Below are positions 25,733 to 38,926 of a DNA stretch of 64,000 nucleotides, piece after piece. Under the pieces are notes generated by a model that worked only from the letters and a program-made list of their open reading frames with translations, did not search any database and had not been told where the DNA came from. Numbering within the stretch: position 1 is the first letter of the stretch; every line of letters begins with the position of its first letter. Source of the DNA: Octopus vulgaris (taxonomy: Eukaryota); contig OX597819.1 of NCBI GenBank assembly GCA_951406725.2, positions 33,852,001 to 33,916,000 of the forward strand. The letters run 5' to 3'. The position numbers were made by a program, and so were the translations under genes.

Positions 25733-26270
25733 TATACAAACACATTCACAGAAACACATATGAGAATATTGATATTTACACATATATGGCAGGCTTTCAT
25801 TTCAAATATATAAAAATTGAATTTAAATAGATGTTTTAAGAGGAAAATTGTATTTTGGTCAACTGATTATTTACTAGTTGAATTAAGAGAGAAATTGGGA
25901 ACCTTTGGCTCTCTCATAAACAATGATTTCCATTTACTAAACAAGATTCCTCAACACTCTGCAATTTTTGTTTATGACAAAGTGATTTTTATGTCTAAAA
26001 AAAATCAATGTTTGAAATATTGTTAAGAAAAAAAATATCATCCTAATATTTTTTTTTCTCTATGATAATAAAATATCACCTCACTAAAAAATATCAAAAT
26101 CTTGATTTTAAGCCAGAATTCTTTCTATTCTGCTGCATTTCCAGAGTAACAGGAATGGTAAGATAATCAATGAGAATCGATGAAGAACCACTTAAATGTT
26201 TTCATTTTATACCCAACTCAGCCAATAGGTCTTGTTTGTTTACTTTTAAATTAAAATCCAAAACAAATAA

Positions 26271-26315
<45 letters not shown>

Positions 26316-26354
26316 CGTAATAATAATAATAATAATAACAATGATAATAATAAT

Positions 26355-26536
26355 CTTTTCTATTATAGGCACAAGGCCTGAAATTTTGGAAAAGAGGATA
26401 AAATAGTGCTCAACTGGTGACTATTTTATCAACCCCAGAAAGATGCAAAGCAAAACTGACTTTGGTGAAATTTAAACTCTGAACATAAAAACAGATGGAA
26501 TGTCACTAAGCATTTTGTCCAGTTCTGCCAGCTTAC

Positions 26537-26569
<33 letters not shown>

Positions 26570-27150
26570 GACCTTTTCTACTATAGGCACAAGACCTGAA
26601 ATTTGGTGAAGGTGGGGGTAAGTCGATTATATTGACCCCAGTGTGTAACTAGTGTTTATTCAAACAACCCCGAAAGGATGAAAGACAAAGTTGACCTCAG
26701 TAGAATTTGATCTTAGAACATAATTATGGACAAAATGCCACTAACCATTTTGCCTGGCATACTAACACTTCTGCCAGCTCGAATAATTATAATAATAATT
26801 TCAAATTTTGGCACAAAGCCAACAGTTTTGGGTGACAGGGTAAGTCAATTACATCAACCACCCTCAGTGCTCAGCTGGTAGTTATTTTATTAACACTGGA
26901 AGGATAATTGGCAAAGTTGACCTTGACGGATGAAATGCCACTAAGTATTGTGCCCAGCGAGGTAACAAATCTAATAATACAGTTTCTGATTAAGACAAAA
27001 GAACAGCAATTTTAAGGTGGGGAGGTTACTCAATTGCTTCATCTCAGCTACTCGACTGGTATTTTATTTTATCAACTCTAGAAGGATGAATGGTAACATT
27101 GACCTGGATGGAATTTGAACTCAGAACGTAAAGACCCACAATGAATAATG
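26355..27150 (-). mobile_element. Cluster of four co-oriented SINE family B copies separated by (AAT)n
   Basis: Units start at ~26355, ~26573, ~26800 and ~26985, each with ggcacaag..., gaaaggatg..aaagttgacc and aagcattttg motifs. Confidence 0.75.
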
Positions 27151-27524
27151 CTACTTGTGGCACCACAAGGTTACAGACTTGAAGTGAATCAATTTCCAGA
27201 GGGATGAAAATCAAAGTTGGTAGAATTTCAACTGAGAATGTCAAGAAACAACTAAAGACTGTAAAGAATTTATTCCAGTAATTCCCACCCCTCGCACATG
27301 CACACACACACAGGTGTTACAGAGTTTTCCTATATGGCAGATTATAACAGCAGGATATGTCAACTGATACTGACAGAAAGATTAAGGATAATCAACCAAA
27401 TAATGTTATGAAAGATAACAGGACAAAAAAAACAAAAAAAAACAAACAAACAAATGTCTCATATACCCATAGAAGAATGGTGAAAAGCTAATACTAATGT
27501 ACATTATGTATAACTGGCTTTTAA

Positions 27525-27833
27525 CCCCTTACCCAACAATTATTTTGAAAATAAATGTATTTTTTCAGACATATTTTTTAATTGTTTTATTTTACTATGT
27601 TTTGAATGGTGATTTCGAAGTATATTTCAAACCTTATTTATTATGAATTTTAATTCAATAATATTGATTTTAAATTACCGCTTTGGGCAGAAACGAGTTA
27701 ACCCGTTTTTAGACGAAGGAACTCGTTTTGCTGTTGATTTTGGCGAGTCTATCTTTTGACGAGTTAACTCGCCAGAGATAGAAAAAAACGATTTCAGTCA
27801 AAACGCATATATTCGTTTCCGCCGGGTAAGGGG
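27525..27833. mobile_element. piggyBac-like MITE
   Basis: TTAA|ccccttaccc ... gggtaagggg|TTAA. Confidence 0.8.
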
Positions 27834-28054
27834 TTAATTAACATTGATTATCATATCACTTCATTTACATTGTTAAAGTTTTAAAACCAGGCAGGAAATA
27901 TCATCCAATACTATTTATCGTGCCCGTCACTCTCTGTGAATCTAAAGCTTCATGCTTAATGTAAAAATTCACTATGTATTGTGAGGGCCAGCATGAGGTT
28001 AAACAACAACAGCACTTAAGCCTCATACATTACAGTAAATTTTAAGCCATTGTA

Positions 28055-28437
28055 GAGGCGCAATGGCCCAGTGGTTAGGGCAGCGGACTCGCGGTCATAG
28101 GATCGCAGTTTCGATTCCCACACCGAGTGTTGTGAGTGTTTATTGAGTGAAAATACCTAAAGCTCCATGAGGCTCTGGCAGGGGATGGTGGTGATCCCTG
28201 CTGTACTTTTTCACCACAACTTTCTCTCACTCTTACTTCCTGTTTCTGTTGTACCTGTATTTCAAAGGGCCAGCCTTGTCACTCTCTGTGTCACGCTGAA
28301 TATCCCCGAGAACTACGTTAAGGGTACACGTGTCTGTGGAGTGCTCAGCCACTTACACGTTAATTTCACGAGCAGGCTGTTCCGTTGATTCAGATCAACC
28401 GGAACCCTCGTCGTCGTAACCGATGGAGTGCTTCCAT
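28055..28437 (+). mobile_element. tRNA-headed SINE family C
   Basis: gaggcgcaatggcccagtggttagggcagcggactcgcggtc...gtttcgattccc, flanked by the duplicated target tttaagccatt. Confidence 0.85.
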
Positions 28438-29089
28438 CCATTTAAGCCATTACATCAAGAATAATTATTTTCATATATCAACAACCATAACATATTTTAG
28501 CAATACATGGTAAATGTGAATGTCATTCTCAAACCCAGATATTAGACTAAGAAATGATTTCTGTAAAGAAAGATGAAACCTAAACTTTTTTTTTAGTAAA
28601 GAGGAAATAGGAAATCGTGATGCTTGATCTTTTCTCAAGAGTATTAAACCCTGTAGGAGGGAGGAAGCAATTCCATTTGGGGATTGAAAACATGTGCAAA
28701 ATTAATTTGTCAAGGCATGTCTGTCAAAGTGTACCTACTAACCAGCGTTTTGACATTTAATAATATTATTCTAGAGATTAAGGAATGTCTTCATATATAC
28801 AGCGTGATATGTGCAGATGATTTCTTGATCAGAATAAAACTTAGAGAAGATCACAGCAAAGCTGAGGCAAAACACTTCAGAGGAACATTCTGGATATTAA
28901 ATACATGTATGGTAAGGTCTTATATATGTAAACCTAGATGACCTGAGATTATCCATGGAATTAAAAGCCAAAAGCTCCCAACAGAGATTACAGAGATGTC
29001 TAAAATTATTAGAGAAGAAAACTTCATCATTAGAACATGGGTGAGGTTTGGAAACTTCCTTACTTATATTTCAGATCTCAGAATGTATT

Positions 29090-29600
29090 AGAGATCATAT
29101 GATAGAGTACAAGTCACATAGAATAGTGGAGGTCACAGAGAATTGTATAAGTTATGGAGAACATCAAAGGTCACATAGTAGAATACAGTTCATAGAGGGC
29201 AGTACAGGTTACAATGAATGCTAAAGGTCACAGGAAACAGGAAAGGCCACAGAGAACAAAGAGGTCACAGACTACAAGTCACATTGAACAGAAGAGGTCA
29301 CATAAATTATGAAAGTCATGTAGAAAAGTACAAGGTCTAGAGAACAGTTGAGGTCACAGTAGAGAACTGTAGAGCTCACAAAAAGTATTGAAAATCACAT
29401 AGAAGAGCACAGGTTACACAAGAATAGTAGAGGTCACAAAGTACAGTACAAATCATCTAAAATGGTATGGAGATCACAGAAAATTAGATGTCACACACAG
29501 CAGTGCTGTATATAGTAGAGTACAGACCACAGAAAACAATATAGAGCATTAGGGGTCACATAGTGCAGTGCAGGTCACAGTGAACAGTAGAAGTTATATT
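29090..29600. repeat. Degenerate ~19-20 bp minisatellite with AGGTCAC core
   Basis: Unit similar to gaggtcacagagaacagta, with about eight exact AGGTCAC copies plus variants. Confidence 0.7.
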
Positions 29601-31024
29601 ATTAAAAGTCACCAATGGAGGTTCAGTGGTATCATTAAATAACTATAAATGGCGGCAACATTTTCTTCAGAGTTTACTCTACTGACTTTATTATAAGAGC
29701 ACATGGAATAGTGCAGTTCTAGATATACAATGTACCAAGAGAAAGAAGTAGAGCTCATCACTGGAATATCTTTGATCATAGATCTGCTCAGCCTGAACTG
29801 AAGTGACATGTAGTTAAACAACAACACCAATGAACATTATTACTTCCTAGTGTTAACCATTCTCAATAAATCTAGTTTCAATTTCATTGTTACAAAATTA
29901 AACGTGATTTGTAAATCACTGCTTTTCTATATCCGTAGAGATTAAATTTGTCTAGTTGCAGTTGCTGGTGGACACTTGCTACTGGTGATGCTCAGAGGAG
30001 CAGAAATCTAGATTTTGCAATTCCATCACCGCTGCTAGATGCTCTTTGTCAACTACAGGTATACTTCACATTATATGTCGATATTAGTTGAATTCTGGAG
30101 ATGAATGCTACGATTTTCCAGCTTTCTACAATATACTCACATTAAGATATACAGAATGCTATATCATAGCCATTTTTATTATTGCATTTCTTGGAAGAAT
30201 TATGAAACATGAAGAACAATGGTAGAATGAAAACCATATTTGAAGAGTCATGTTGAAGTGATATTAAGTAGCAAACCAATCTAAGTAGTCCTTCATCATA
30301 TTTTACCGTGATAGATTATTAAAGACAGTTGTCAACTTCCATTTACTAAACACACACTACAATTCTTGTTACAAAGTTCTTCCTTAAGAATTGCAGACTA
30401 ATGTCAGATCTAATGTTCTTAGCCATAATTTTTCTTTCTGATCTTATCGTTGCCAATGCACAATTGCTTTAGTCTCCTATACAAGCAGTTTCCTAAACAG
30501 ATTCTTGCAATGTTATTGGCAGTTTCTAAAGTATTTATCTGCTACAGCTCTAACCTTTAGTGATATAATAATTAACTAAATTATTAGAAAAAAATATAAA
30601 TTAACATTATTGCTATGGGAGACCATATAAGTCATGATCTTCCTGAATTGTTGATTAGGAATTTGGAAAGAGTATAGAAATAACTAAACCAACATGAAAT
30701 GAAGCGCTAGTGTTGTTATCGATAAACATGCGTGGGAATATGAACACAAATGTGTGCATGCATATGTGCATGTCTGTGCTTACAATTATCATACTCTGTG
30801 AGTGTGTGTGTGTGTGTGTGTGTGCACGTGCATGTGTGCATGTGTGTTTGTGCACAAGAGTATGAATTCATTTATATATGTATGAATCATTGAAGGTCTC
30901 ACAGCATGGTACTTTGGGCAATGGGCAAGTGTCTTCTACTGTAGCCTCAGGCTGCCGAAAGCCTTATGATTGGATTTGGTAGATGGAAACTGAAATAAAC
31001 CTGTCATATATATATATATATGAT

Positions 31025-31440
31025 GAAAAACCGAGACCTCTGGAGATATGCTGTGACTATGAAGACCCAACAAATGAAATGAGTTCATGGCTCGCAGGAC
31101 AGCCTGCTGTGCTAACCTTGGATCATAGAGTGGCCTGCTGTGCTTGAGGAGACCTATTGAGTCATGTATGTCAACTTCAACATCAAAAACAAAAATCAAA
31201 TGGAAATTGTAGTTATGATACCCGTGCCGGTGGCACCTAAAAAGCGCCATCTGAACACGGCTGATGCCAACGCTACCCGACTGGCGTCCGTGCCAGTGAT
31301 ACGTAAAATGCACCAACCAATTGTGGCCGTTTGCCATCCTCCTCTGGCCCCTGTGCTGGTGGCATGTAAAAAGCACCCACTACACTCATGGAGTGGTTGG
31401 CATTATGAAAGGCATCCAGTTGTAGAAACACTGCCAGATA
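31025..31440 (+). mobile_element. RTE-LINE 3' fragment
   Basis: RDLWRYAVTMKTQQMK* followed by the shared UTR (aaaagcacccactacactc..ggagtggttgg..aagggcatccag). Confidence 0.75.
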
Positions 31441-31567
31441 TATATATATATATATATATATAAATCATCATCATCATCATTTAACGTCTGTGAGTGTAGT
31501 GGGTGCTTTTTACATGCCACCAGCACAGGGGCCTGAGGAAGCTGGCAACATCCACAATCGATTAGTG

Positions 31568-31602
<35 letters not shown>

Positions 31603-31924
31603 TTGTGTGTGTGTGCATGTGTGTGTGTGTGTGTGCATGGGAGTGAGAGAGAGGGAGAGAACAGAGAGCAACTCTGCTTCATACAACAGTGTTATAAGTT
31701 GCTGTTCTGTCACCCACAGATTCCTTGGAGGAAGCAGAAATTTTTCAATGGTCTTGGGAATTTTTATTTGTCCAACCCAAGCTTTTTTCTTTAACAACTT
31801 CTGTTTCATTTGTTCAGTTCAAATCACCCAAGAACGAAAGAGGTCTTGCTTCTTGTTCTGATACAAATGAATGCATAACACATGGAAAACACATCTAAAG
31901 ACAAAAATACATATCTATTTATTA

Positions 31925-31958
<34 letters not shown>

Positions 31959-31959
<1 letters not shown>

Positions 31960-32352
31960 TAGCAGTATCGCCCGGTGTTGCTCGGGTTTGTAAGGGAAAT
32001 AACTATATAAGCATTTTTAGAGAGTTATAGCCAAAAAATAGCCAAAAAATGCATTAAAAATGGGAAAAAAATGATGGCAAATTTTTTTTTAAATCGTAGA
32101 CTCATCGTAGACATTTTTAGAGAGTTACTTCCCTTATATAATAGCGAAAAAATGCATTAAAATGGAAAAAAATGATGGTAAATTTTTTAAAAATCGTAGA
32201 CTCATTGTAGACGCGTGCTAATACCCAGAAGAGCTTGATATGAATCACGACTATAAGATACCTGCTTTTGGTTAAACTGCACCGCAAAATGTGGGAGTAG
32301 TTAGGAATCTAAATCGTAGGAGACAGACACACAACTTCTCTTTTATATATAA

Positions 32353-32355
<3 letters not shown>
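31959..32355 (-). mobile_element. Non-autonomous Helitron in a (TA)n tract
   Basis: On the - strand: A|TCTTTATATATAAAAG start, hairpin cccgagcaacaccggg and CTAG|T end. An internal ~100-bp tandem duplication is present. Confidence 0.8.
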
Positions 32356-32391
<36 letters not shown>

Positions 32392-32424
32392 AACACATTT
32401 ATACACAAACATTTTATCTTCTGT

Positions 32425-32825
32425 CTTTTACTTGTTTCAGTCATTAGATTGTGGCCATACTGGGGCACTGCCTTGAAGAGTTTTAGTTGAACAGATCAAC
32501 TCTGGCACTTCCATTTTTTTGGGGGTGGGGGGAGGAAATCTGGTATTTATTCTATTGATCTATTTTGCTGAACTGCTAAGTAATGGAAATGTAAAAAAAA
32601 AACAACACTGTTTGTCAAATAGCAAGGAAACAAGCACAAACACAAAGGCATGCATACACAAACGCATACTCAGGTTCCAGATTCCAGATTCACTGAATGG
32701 GCATTGGTTGTCCTAGAGCTATTGTAGAAAACACTACCCCAGAGTGCCACACAGCAGAACTGAACCCAAAAGCCATATGGTTGCAAAGTAAGCTTCTTAA
32801 TCACAAAGCCATGCCTGCACCTATA
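32425..32825 (-). mobile_element. SINE family A copy
   Basis: Head gccatgcctgcacctata and tail ttttacttgtttcagtcatt as in other copies. Confidence 0.7.
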
Positions 32826-33175
32826 CACAATGAATCCTTAGTCAGAAAGTCCAAATTCCAAAGATTTATGTAAACTTTTAATGATTATGTAGTTCCACTT
32901 TTCCATGAAGACAGGATTGTTTGGTGTCAAAATATGACATGACAACCCTTACGGCTGATCCATGCCTTTTAGTTTGCATTCCACCATTTGTTATGTATCA
33001 GTATTTCGATGAAACACATGTGCCATACTAATATTTCAGATTTCTCTTTGTTGGTTGATAGTAGGATATCTAAGTCTCAGGGTGCTGATACTCAAAGCAA
33101 CTAGACAAACTTGGTGCTACACTTCACTGGTATGAGTACCTTTTATTCCAAGCGCGCGTGCACACACACACACAC

Positions 33176-33243
<68 letters not shown>

Positions 33244-33339
33244 CACAATGAATGAGCAAAAGCAAGAAAAAAATGTGCAAGAGGAACAAGATTTAACAAA
33301 GGTGTTCTTAGTATAACATTTGAAAGGAAATGGAAAGGC

Positions 33340-33377
33340 TCTTCAACATTTCAGATACTAGTCCTTCATCAGAAAGA
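33340..33377 (-). ncRNA. Minimal hammerhead ribozyme motif (CpG-decayed) in a PLE-like pLTR remnant (~33270-33600)
   Basis: The - strand reads tcttt-CTGATGA-a-gga(ctagta)tct-GAAATGTT-gaaga, with stem I tcttt/gaaga. Confidence 0.6.
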
Positions 33378-34499
33378 AGAAAATGAAAGAAAGGTGTTGA
33401 AAATAAAATAAAAAAGGGAAATACTTAAGGGTTGGCTGAGAATGTGGTTCTAGAGGGAGAAGTTATGAAGAAAGGAAGTGGTGAAGTTTTGTGTGTCGGT
33501 ATAGGAGGATATCTGTGTAGGGAGACAGGCATAGGGGGGAGGTAAGTGCACAGCATGGGGTGCATTTGGGGTAAAAGGCTATGATAGCTGAGAAAGATGA
33601 TAGACAGGTAGATAGATACACCAGTTATATATTACACAACTGCTATACACATATGCATATATGTAAGAGCTACATGCACTATCATCAACATATGTATGCA
33701 CATGCACACTAGTCAACAAGGTGCTACTTTAGTGTTATCTAACATGCAATAAATAGAAGCCAACTTTCTATCTAAGTTCACTCTGCTTTCTTCAAAAATT
33801 AATATACAGGGTCAAAGAAGTCCTGAGAAAACAGACAAGATCATTACATGCAGAATATCAGTTAAACAACGAAACGTTGGTTCACAGAAAAGCAACACAG
33901 ACACTCCATGTGTTATTACATAATGATTGTACATTCATTGATAATTATAGTGTAATTCCAACTGCTCATTAGCCTTACTTGAATAAGTTCTTCATATAAT
34001 ACATTAGCATACTAACAACAAAGGAACCACTTGACATATTATTATATATACCTACAGGAAACTTGAATATAAAGTTGTATATAAACTTAGTATATCCACA
34101 ATGGGTAATCATGTTTGTTCAATCCAACCAGAGTTTGAAAGTTTCTTAATGGATATTCTGTTTTATAAACTGCCATGTTGTTGATTCCAACCAATATTCA
34201 TATAAATGTATTTCTTCATGTATTATGGTTTAGTCATAGACACAGACATGCATACATATACACATGCATCTCTGCGCATACATACACACACATGGTAACA
34301 AACTATTTCAGATAATTTTTAGATGCCAAACAAGAGAGACAAAAAATTAAAATAACACAAAAATATGAATTTATATACTTTGAGACAATGTGAAATAATA
34401 TTTTTTTTTGTTTTTCTTTTTTGGAATAGTCTCAAAGTAGATAAAGCTATGAATAACCGTATCGAAATATTGGGTTAAAAATCCCTAAATATTGGATTA

Positions 34500-35270
34500 A
34501 AAAATGTCGAAAGCTGCAACATCAATTCTTGCTGGTAAGAATAAAATTTCTAAAATAGAAAAATTTGAAGGATTGCTTTGGTCCATTGGTAGAGTAGCTG
34601 TCATGTTTACAGGAGACATGGGTTTGTGTCCTTCAACTTTTTATATCCAAAGGGATTTTAAACCCAATATTATATTTATAGCTTCATTTACTTCAAGATC
34701 CACTGTTCAACAAAACAAAAAGGATCTCACATTCTCTTAAAGTTTATACATTCTTATGACATCAACAACATATAATTCTAAATGGTAAGAATAAAGGGTC
34801 AGAAATGAATATAAAATCACAAAATTAATCGGAAAAGCAGTTTGTTCAGTCTCCAAACAGTGATACTTGGTGAGCGAAGATAAGTCAACAAAGCACAGAA
34901 GCAAGACACAAACAAATGGTAGCAGAAACATTCCTTGCTGGCCTGTAGTTTGTTTTATTTACAGTGTTTTGTAATGCCGGTAAAGGTTCAGTACTTCTTC
35001 AAATTCACACATTTGTATAAATTCTTGAAGCTGGTGACAAAAAGGTACCACTCCTGCTTTGAAATTGAATAGTAAACATCCAACCTTGAAGTAGGAGTGA
35101 GACCTTTTTTGTCAAATCAGTGGATGGATCAGAGAAAATCAATGAGACTTGCTTGAAGATTCCAAAACCAGAGAAGTGGTAAGGCTTGAAACTCTGATAG
35201 TAACCCAGCCCAGTATGGTATTTTTTCTTCAGACACTGCTCTTCTTTGTAAAGAATTGAAACAATTGTTG
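34500..35270 (-). pseudogene. Possible ancient pogo/Tigger transposase remnant
   Basis: The - strand segments PVNMTATLPMDQS (cf. PPNTTSxLQPMDQG) and QGWMF (cf. ASxGWL) occur in the expected order. Confidence 0.35.
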
Positions 35271-35576
35271 TCATCATCATCATTATTGTTTGAATGTCCG
35301 CTTTTCCATGCTTACATGGGTCCGAGAGAAAATTGTCTGAGGCAGCTTTTCTATGGCTGGATGCTCTTCCTGTTGCCAACCGTTACTTGTTTCCAAGCTT
35401 TTGATGGAAGATTGAAAGCAAACGACACAGCTTGCAGGACATTGATGCTTGTTTACAAATATCACACAATATTAAGGCAAGGAGACAATAATACAAAGAC
35501 ATGCACATGCATACATACATATATATACATACATTCACATATATACATACATACACATACATAGATACATATATAA

Positions 35577-35622
<46 letters not shown>

Positions 35623-35793
35623 ACATATATATTACATATGAGTAGCTTAGGTCAAGGTAACCCAAACTAATAAATATGTGTTTTGAGGGCTCCACTAGGT
35701 AATCCACCAAAATTCCAGTTAGAATAACGGTTGGAGTTATGGTCATATGAATGTCTTGTTAAAAAAAAAAGAAACTAGCAGTTGGTAGCTTAC

Positions 35794-35883
35794 CTTTGAG
35801 CCAGTAGGTGTCAGTTTACATAGTGAGGAATGCAAACAATTAGTCAAGGCAGGACTACGGCATTTAAATTAATTTCATTCAAT
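35794..35883 (-). other. Candidate non-coding (5' UTR) exon
   Basis: Acceptor tgtttttag and donor AAG|GTAAGC bound 90 nt with stops in all three frames. Confidence 0.3.
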
Positions 35884-37297
35884 CTAAAAACAGCACATAT
35901 ATATATGCATGTGTGTGTATATGTTTGTGTTTGTGCTTGTCTCCCCAACATCGCTTGACAACCAATGCTGGTGCATTTACATCCCGTGTAACTTAGCAGT
36001 TCAGCTAAAGAGACCGACAGAATAAGTACTAGGCTTACAAAGAATAAGAATAAGTCCTGGGATTGATTTGTTCGACTAAAGGCGGTGCTCCAGCATGGCC
36101 ACAGTCAAATGATTGAAACAAGTAAAAGAGTAAAAGAGAGAGAGAGAGTATCCATCATGTGCTTAGGTTTGGTATCTCTTAAAAAGTAATGCCAGATTAC
36201 TTTTCATAAGCTTTAAAATATTAAGTGCAACTTCACTGGAGAATTAAGGTGAAAGTATATAGTTTCTTGTCAACTCCTTTCTTTCAATATAACAGAGAAT
36301 ACTCAGAATAATGTAAGAATCACAGTTTAGGCTACTATAGGAATAAATACCTTACTTCAGGCAGAAGTCTTTAGCTGGAACCAACATATCACACAAAGGA
36401 CTAAGAATGGAAAAGTTTGGGGCCAAAAAAAGAATGCAAGTTAGAGACAAGAAACATACAAGTAGTTAGAAGTCTTGACTAGCCAATAAATATGAAAATA
36501 TTAATAAAACTACATCAAATACATCCAGTGACCTTTCTGATGCACTTACTTGAGGTAATATCATTAAATACTACTTTATTGACAAGATAATAGCTCTTTA
36601 GTAGAATATATTGATAGCTCAATGTCTCAATTTCATGCCCTGTAAGTGACAAAGAGCTTAACTTTTCCTCCTGCTGGACTTCAATAAGATATACTCACTC
36701 TACGGTAAAGTGGTCACATTGATTGGAGATAGATATGATCAATATTGTGTATATCTTACAAGGTTATTATTTTTTAAAGTAATATTTGTCTCTTTCCAAC
36801 ATCATTATTATCACTACCACAACTGTTGCCAGCTTTTTATTGTAAGGTCTACACCAATTCTTATTGAAAATAGAAATGATACTTTCAAAAGATCTAGTAA
36901 AAAAAAAACTTTATTACCAGTCAAAAAAAAAAAAAAATGGTAAAATTGGAAAATATTATTCCTTGCAGCCTATATTAACTTTTTTATATATATTTTCAAT
37001 ATATCATTTCTAGTTTATTTTTCTTCCTTCAAGAACATTTCTTCAAAAGCAATCAGATTTTGAATTTGCAAGTGCATTTTGGTATTTATAGAAAATTCTC
37101 TGAGCATTGCCAAATGCTATCAACAAAAGTATAATAAACCAATATTGTGTGCACAATATGAGAAAGAATAAACAAAAACTATTCAAAAAAATATGGAGGA
37201 ATTCTTTAGAGCAGAGAAATATATTTTTGATAATCTAAGTAGATATAAAAAAAAAAAATTGGAAAAAAAAGATATATTTCACAATATTTCATTTTAC

Positions 37298-37369
37298 CTG
37301 TTCGGCCCATTAAATGGAATGTGTGTTATACAGGGCTAAATTCATTAGTGTGGTACAGTCTGTTTGGAA
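37298..37369 (-). other. Candidate non-coding exon
   Basis: Acceptor attttctttag and donor CAG|GTAAAA bound 72 nt with stops in all frames. Confidence 0.25.
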
Positions 37370-37547
37370 CTAAAGAAAATCAGCATCAGCAGTGACATTA
37401 AGTAGCAGCAGGCTTGAGTTCAATCTTGTCTTAAATTTAGTCATGTTAATTTACAAACGGTCATCCACTTTTCTGTATCAAATTGTTTATATTACATGAG
37501 AAACTAGTAGTTAGACTATTCCACCATACTCAATATTTATTCATTGG

Positions 37548-37999
37548 TACAGGCGTGGTTGTGAGGTAAGAAACTTGCTTGCCAACCACATGGGTCCAAG
37601 TTCAGTCCCACTGTGTGGCAACTTAGGTACTATAGCCTTGGGCCATCTAAAGCCTTGTAAGTACATTTAGTAGAAAGAAGCCTGTCGTATATAAATATGT
37701 ATATATTTGTGTGTCTGTGTCTGTGTTTATCTCCCCAACATCGCTTGACAGCCAATGCTGGTGTGTTTACATCTCTGTAACCTAGTGGTCCTAGCAAAAA
37801 AGACCAATAGAATAAGTACTAGGCTTAAAAAGAATAAGTTCTGGCAGTGGGGTCAATCTAAATTATTTACATTTGATGGATATTTGTCCTCATCTTGTTT
37901 GTTGTTAGCACAACGTTTTGACTGATATACCCTCCAGCCTTCATCAGATGTCTTGGAAAAATTTCGAACCTGGGTTCTCGTTCCCAAGGTATTTTTCGA

Positions 38000-38030
<31 letters not shown>

Positions 38031-38475
38031 ATTATTATTATTACTATTATTATTATTCAGATAACTGCCTGGAATCTTATGTGGAATCTTGGGTTTAGTA
38101 GTCCGCGCTCTTAACCACTACGCCATATGCCTGTGGGCAATTATGGAATGAATTTTTAGGGCTTATAAATCTAATATTTTCCTATTTTTCCTTAATACCG
38201 GTTCCCATATGCTATTCATATCTGCACTTGGTCTGCTTAGGAGGTTGTTGTGTCCTATCATATGTACTGCTTCTTTCAGTTTTTGTATTTTCCAGTGGTT
38301 TTCTCTGTCTATTATTTTAACTTCATCCCACAAATATCCACCAAATGTAAATAATGTATATAATTCCTCATCTCTAAAATATAGAACTGTGGGGGTCAAT
38401 CTGTATAACTAAAACCCCTTAAGGTGGTGCTCCAGCATGGCCACAGTCAAATGACTGAAACAGGTAAAAGAATAA
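37548..38475 (+). mobile_element. SINE family A copy interrupted by a Penelope-derived element
   Basis: The head starts at 37548 and the tail resumes at ~38390. The target ggggtcaatct is duplicated at ~37849-37859 and ~38392-38402. Confidence 0.75.
37861..38388 (-). mobile_element. Penelope-derived element: GIY-YIG C-terminus, tRNA-like head, hammerhead motif and inverted end
   Basis: The - strand reads WDEVKIIDRENHWKIQKLKEAVHMIGHNNLLSRPS...DL* (PLE endonuclease C-terminus). It continues with ggcatatggcgtagtggttaagagcgcggactact, (AAT/AAC)n, and CTGATGAaggctg..cagtcAAAACGTT at 37907-37952. 38328-38388 is an oppositely oriented 3' end with tail. Confidence 0.8.
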
Positions 38476-38926
38476 ATGAAAAAAAAATCCATTTTTCTAA
38501 TTTACTGTCATTGTTCAGACCCAGGATCAGCAGATCAAACAGATAGATGATCAAAGACATTCCATCCATTACCATCCTATCTTTTAGTCTCTCTAGGACC
38601 AGCTATAATCACCCTATCATTTTTGGTTTATCTTTTTAGGTTGAGCATTGGCGTTGATGAAATTGACCTACCCCTTACACTAAAATTGTTGGCCCAGTGC
38701 CAAAATTTGAAACCATTATTATCATTATTATAATAAAGGTACCAAGTTGGCAGAATTGTTAGCTTACCAGGCAAAATGTTTAGCAGCATTTCATCTGTCT
38801 TTATGTTCTGAGTTCAAATTTTAAGTCAAATGTATTGACCCCACCCTCCAGTACTTAATTTTTTAAAAGCCTGGTTCTTATTCTATCTCACCCCTTTGCC
38901 AAACTGCTAGGTTATGGAAATGTAAA

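Noticed and set aside
28055-28130. Functional tRNA gene
   Set aside because: The A/B boxes continue into a SINE body with a TSD, and the acceptor stem is not properly formed. The same applies to 3490-3563 and 2378-2445.
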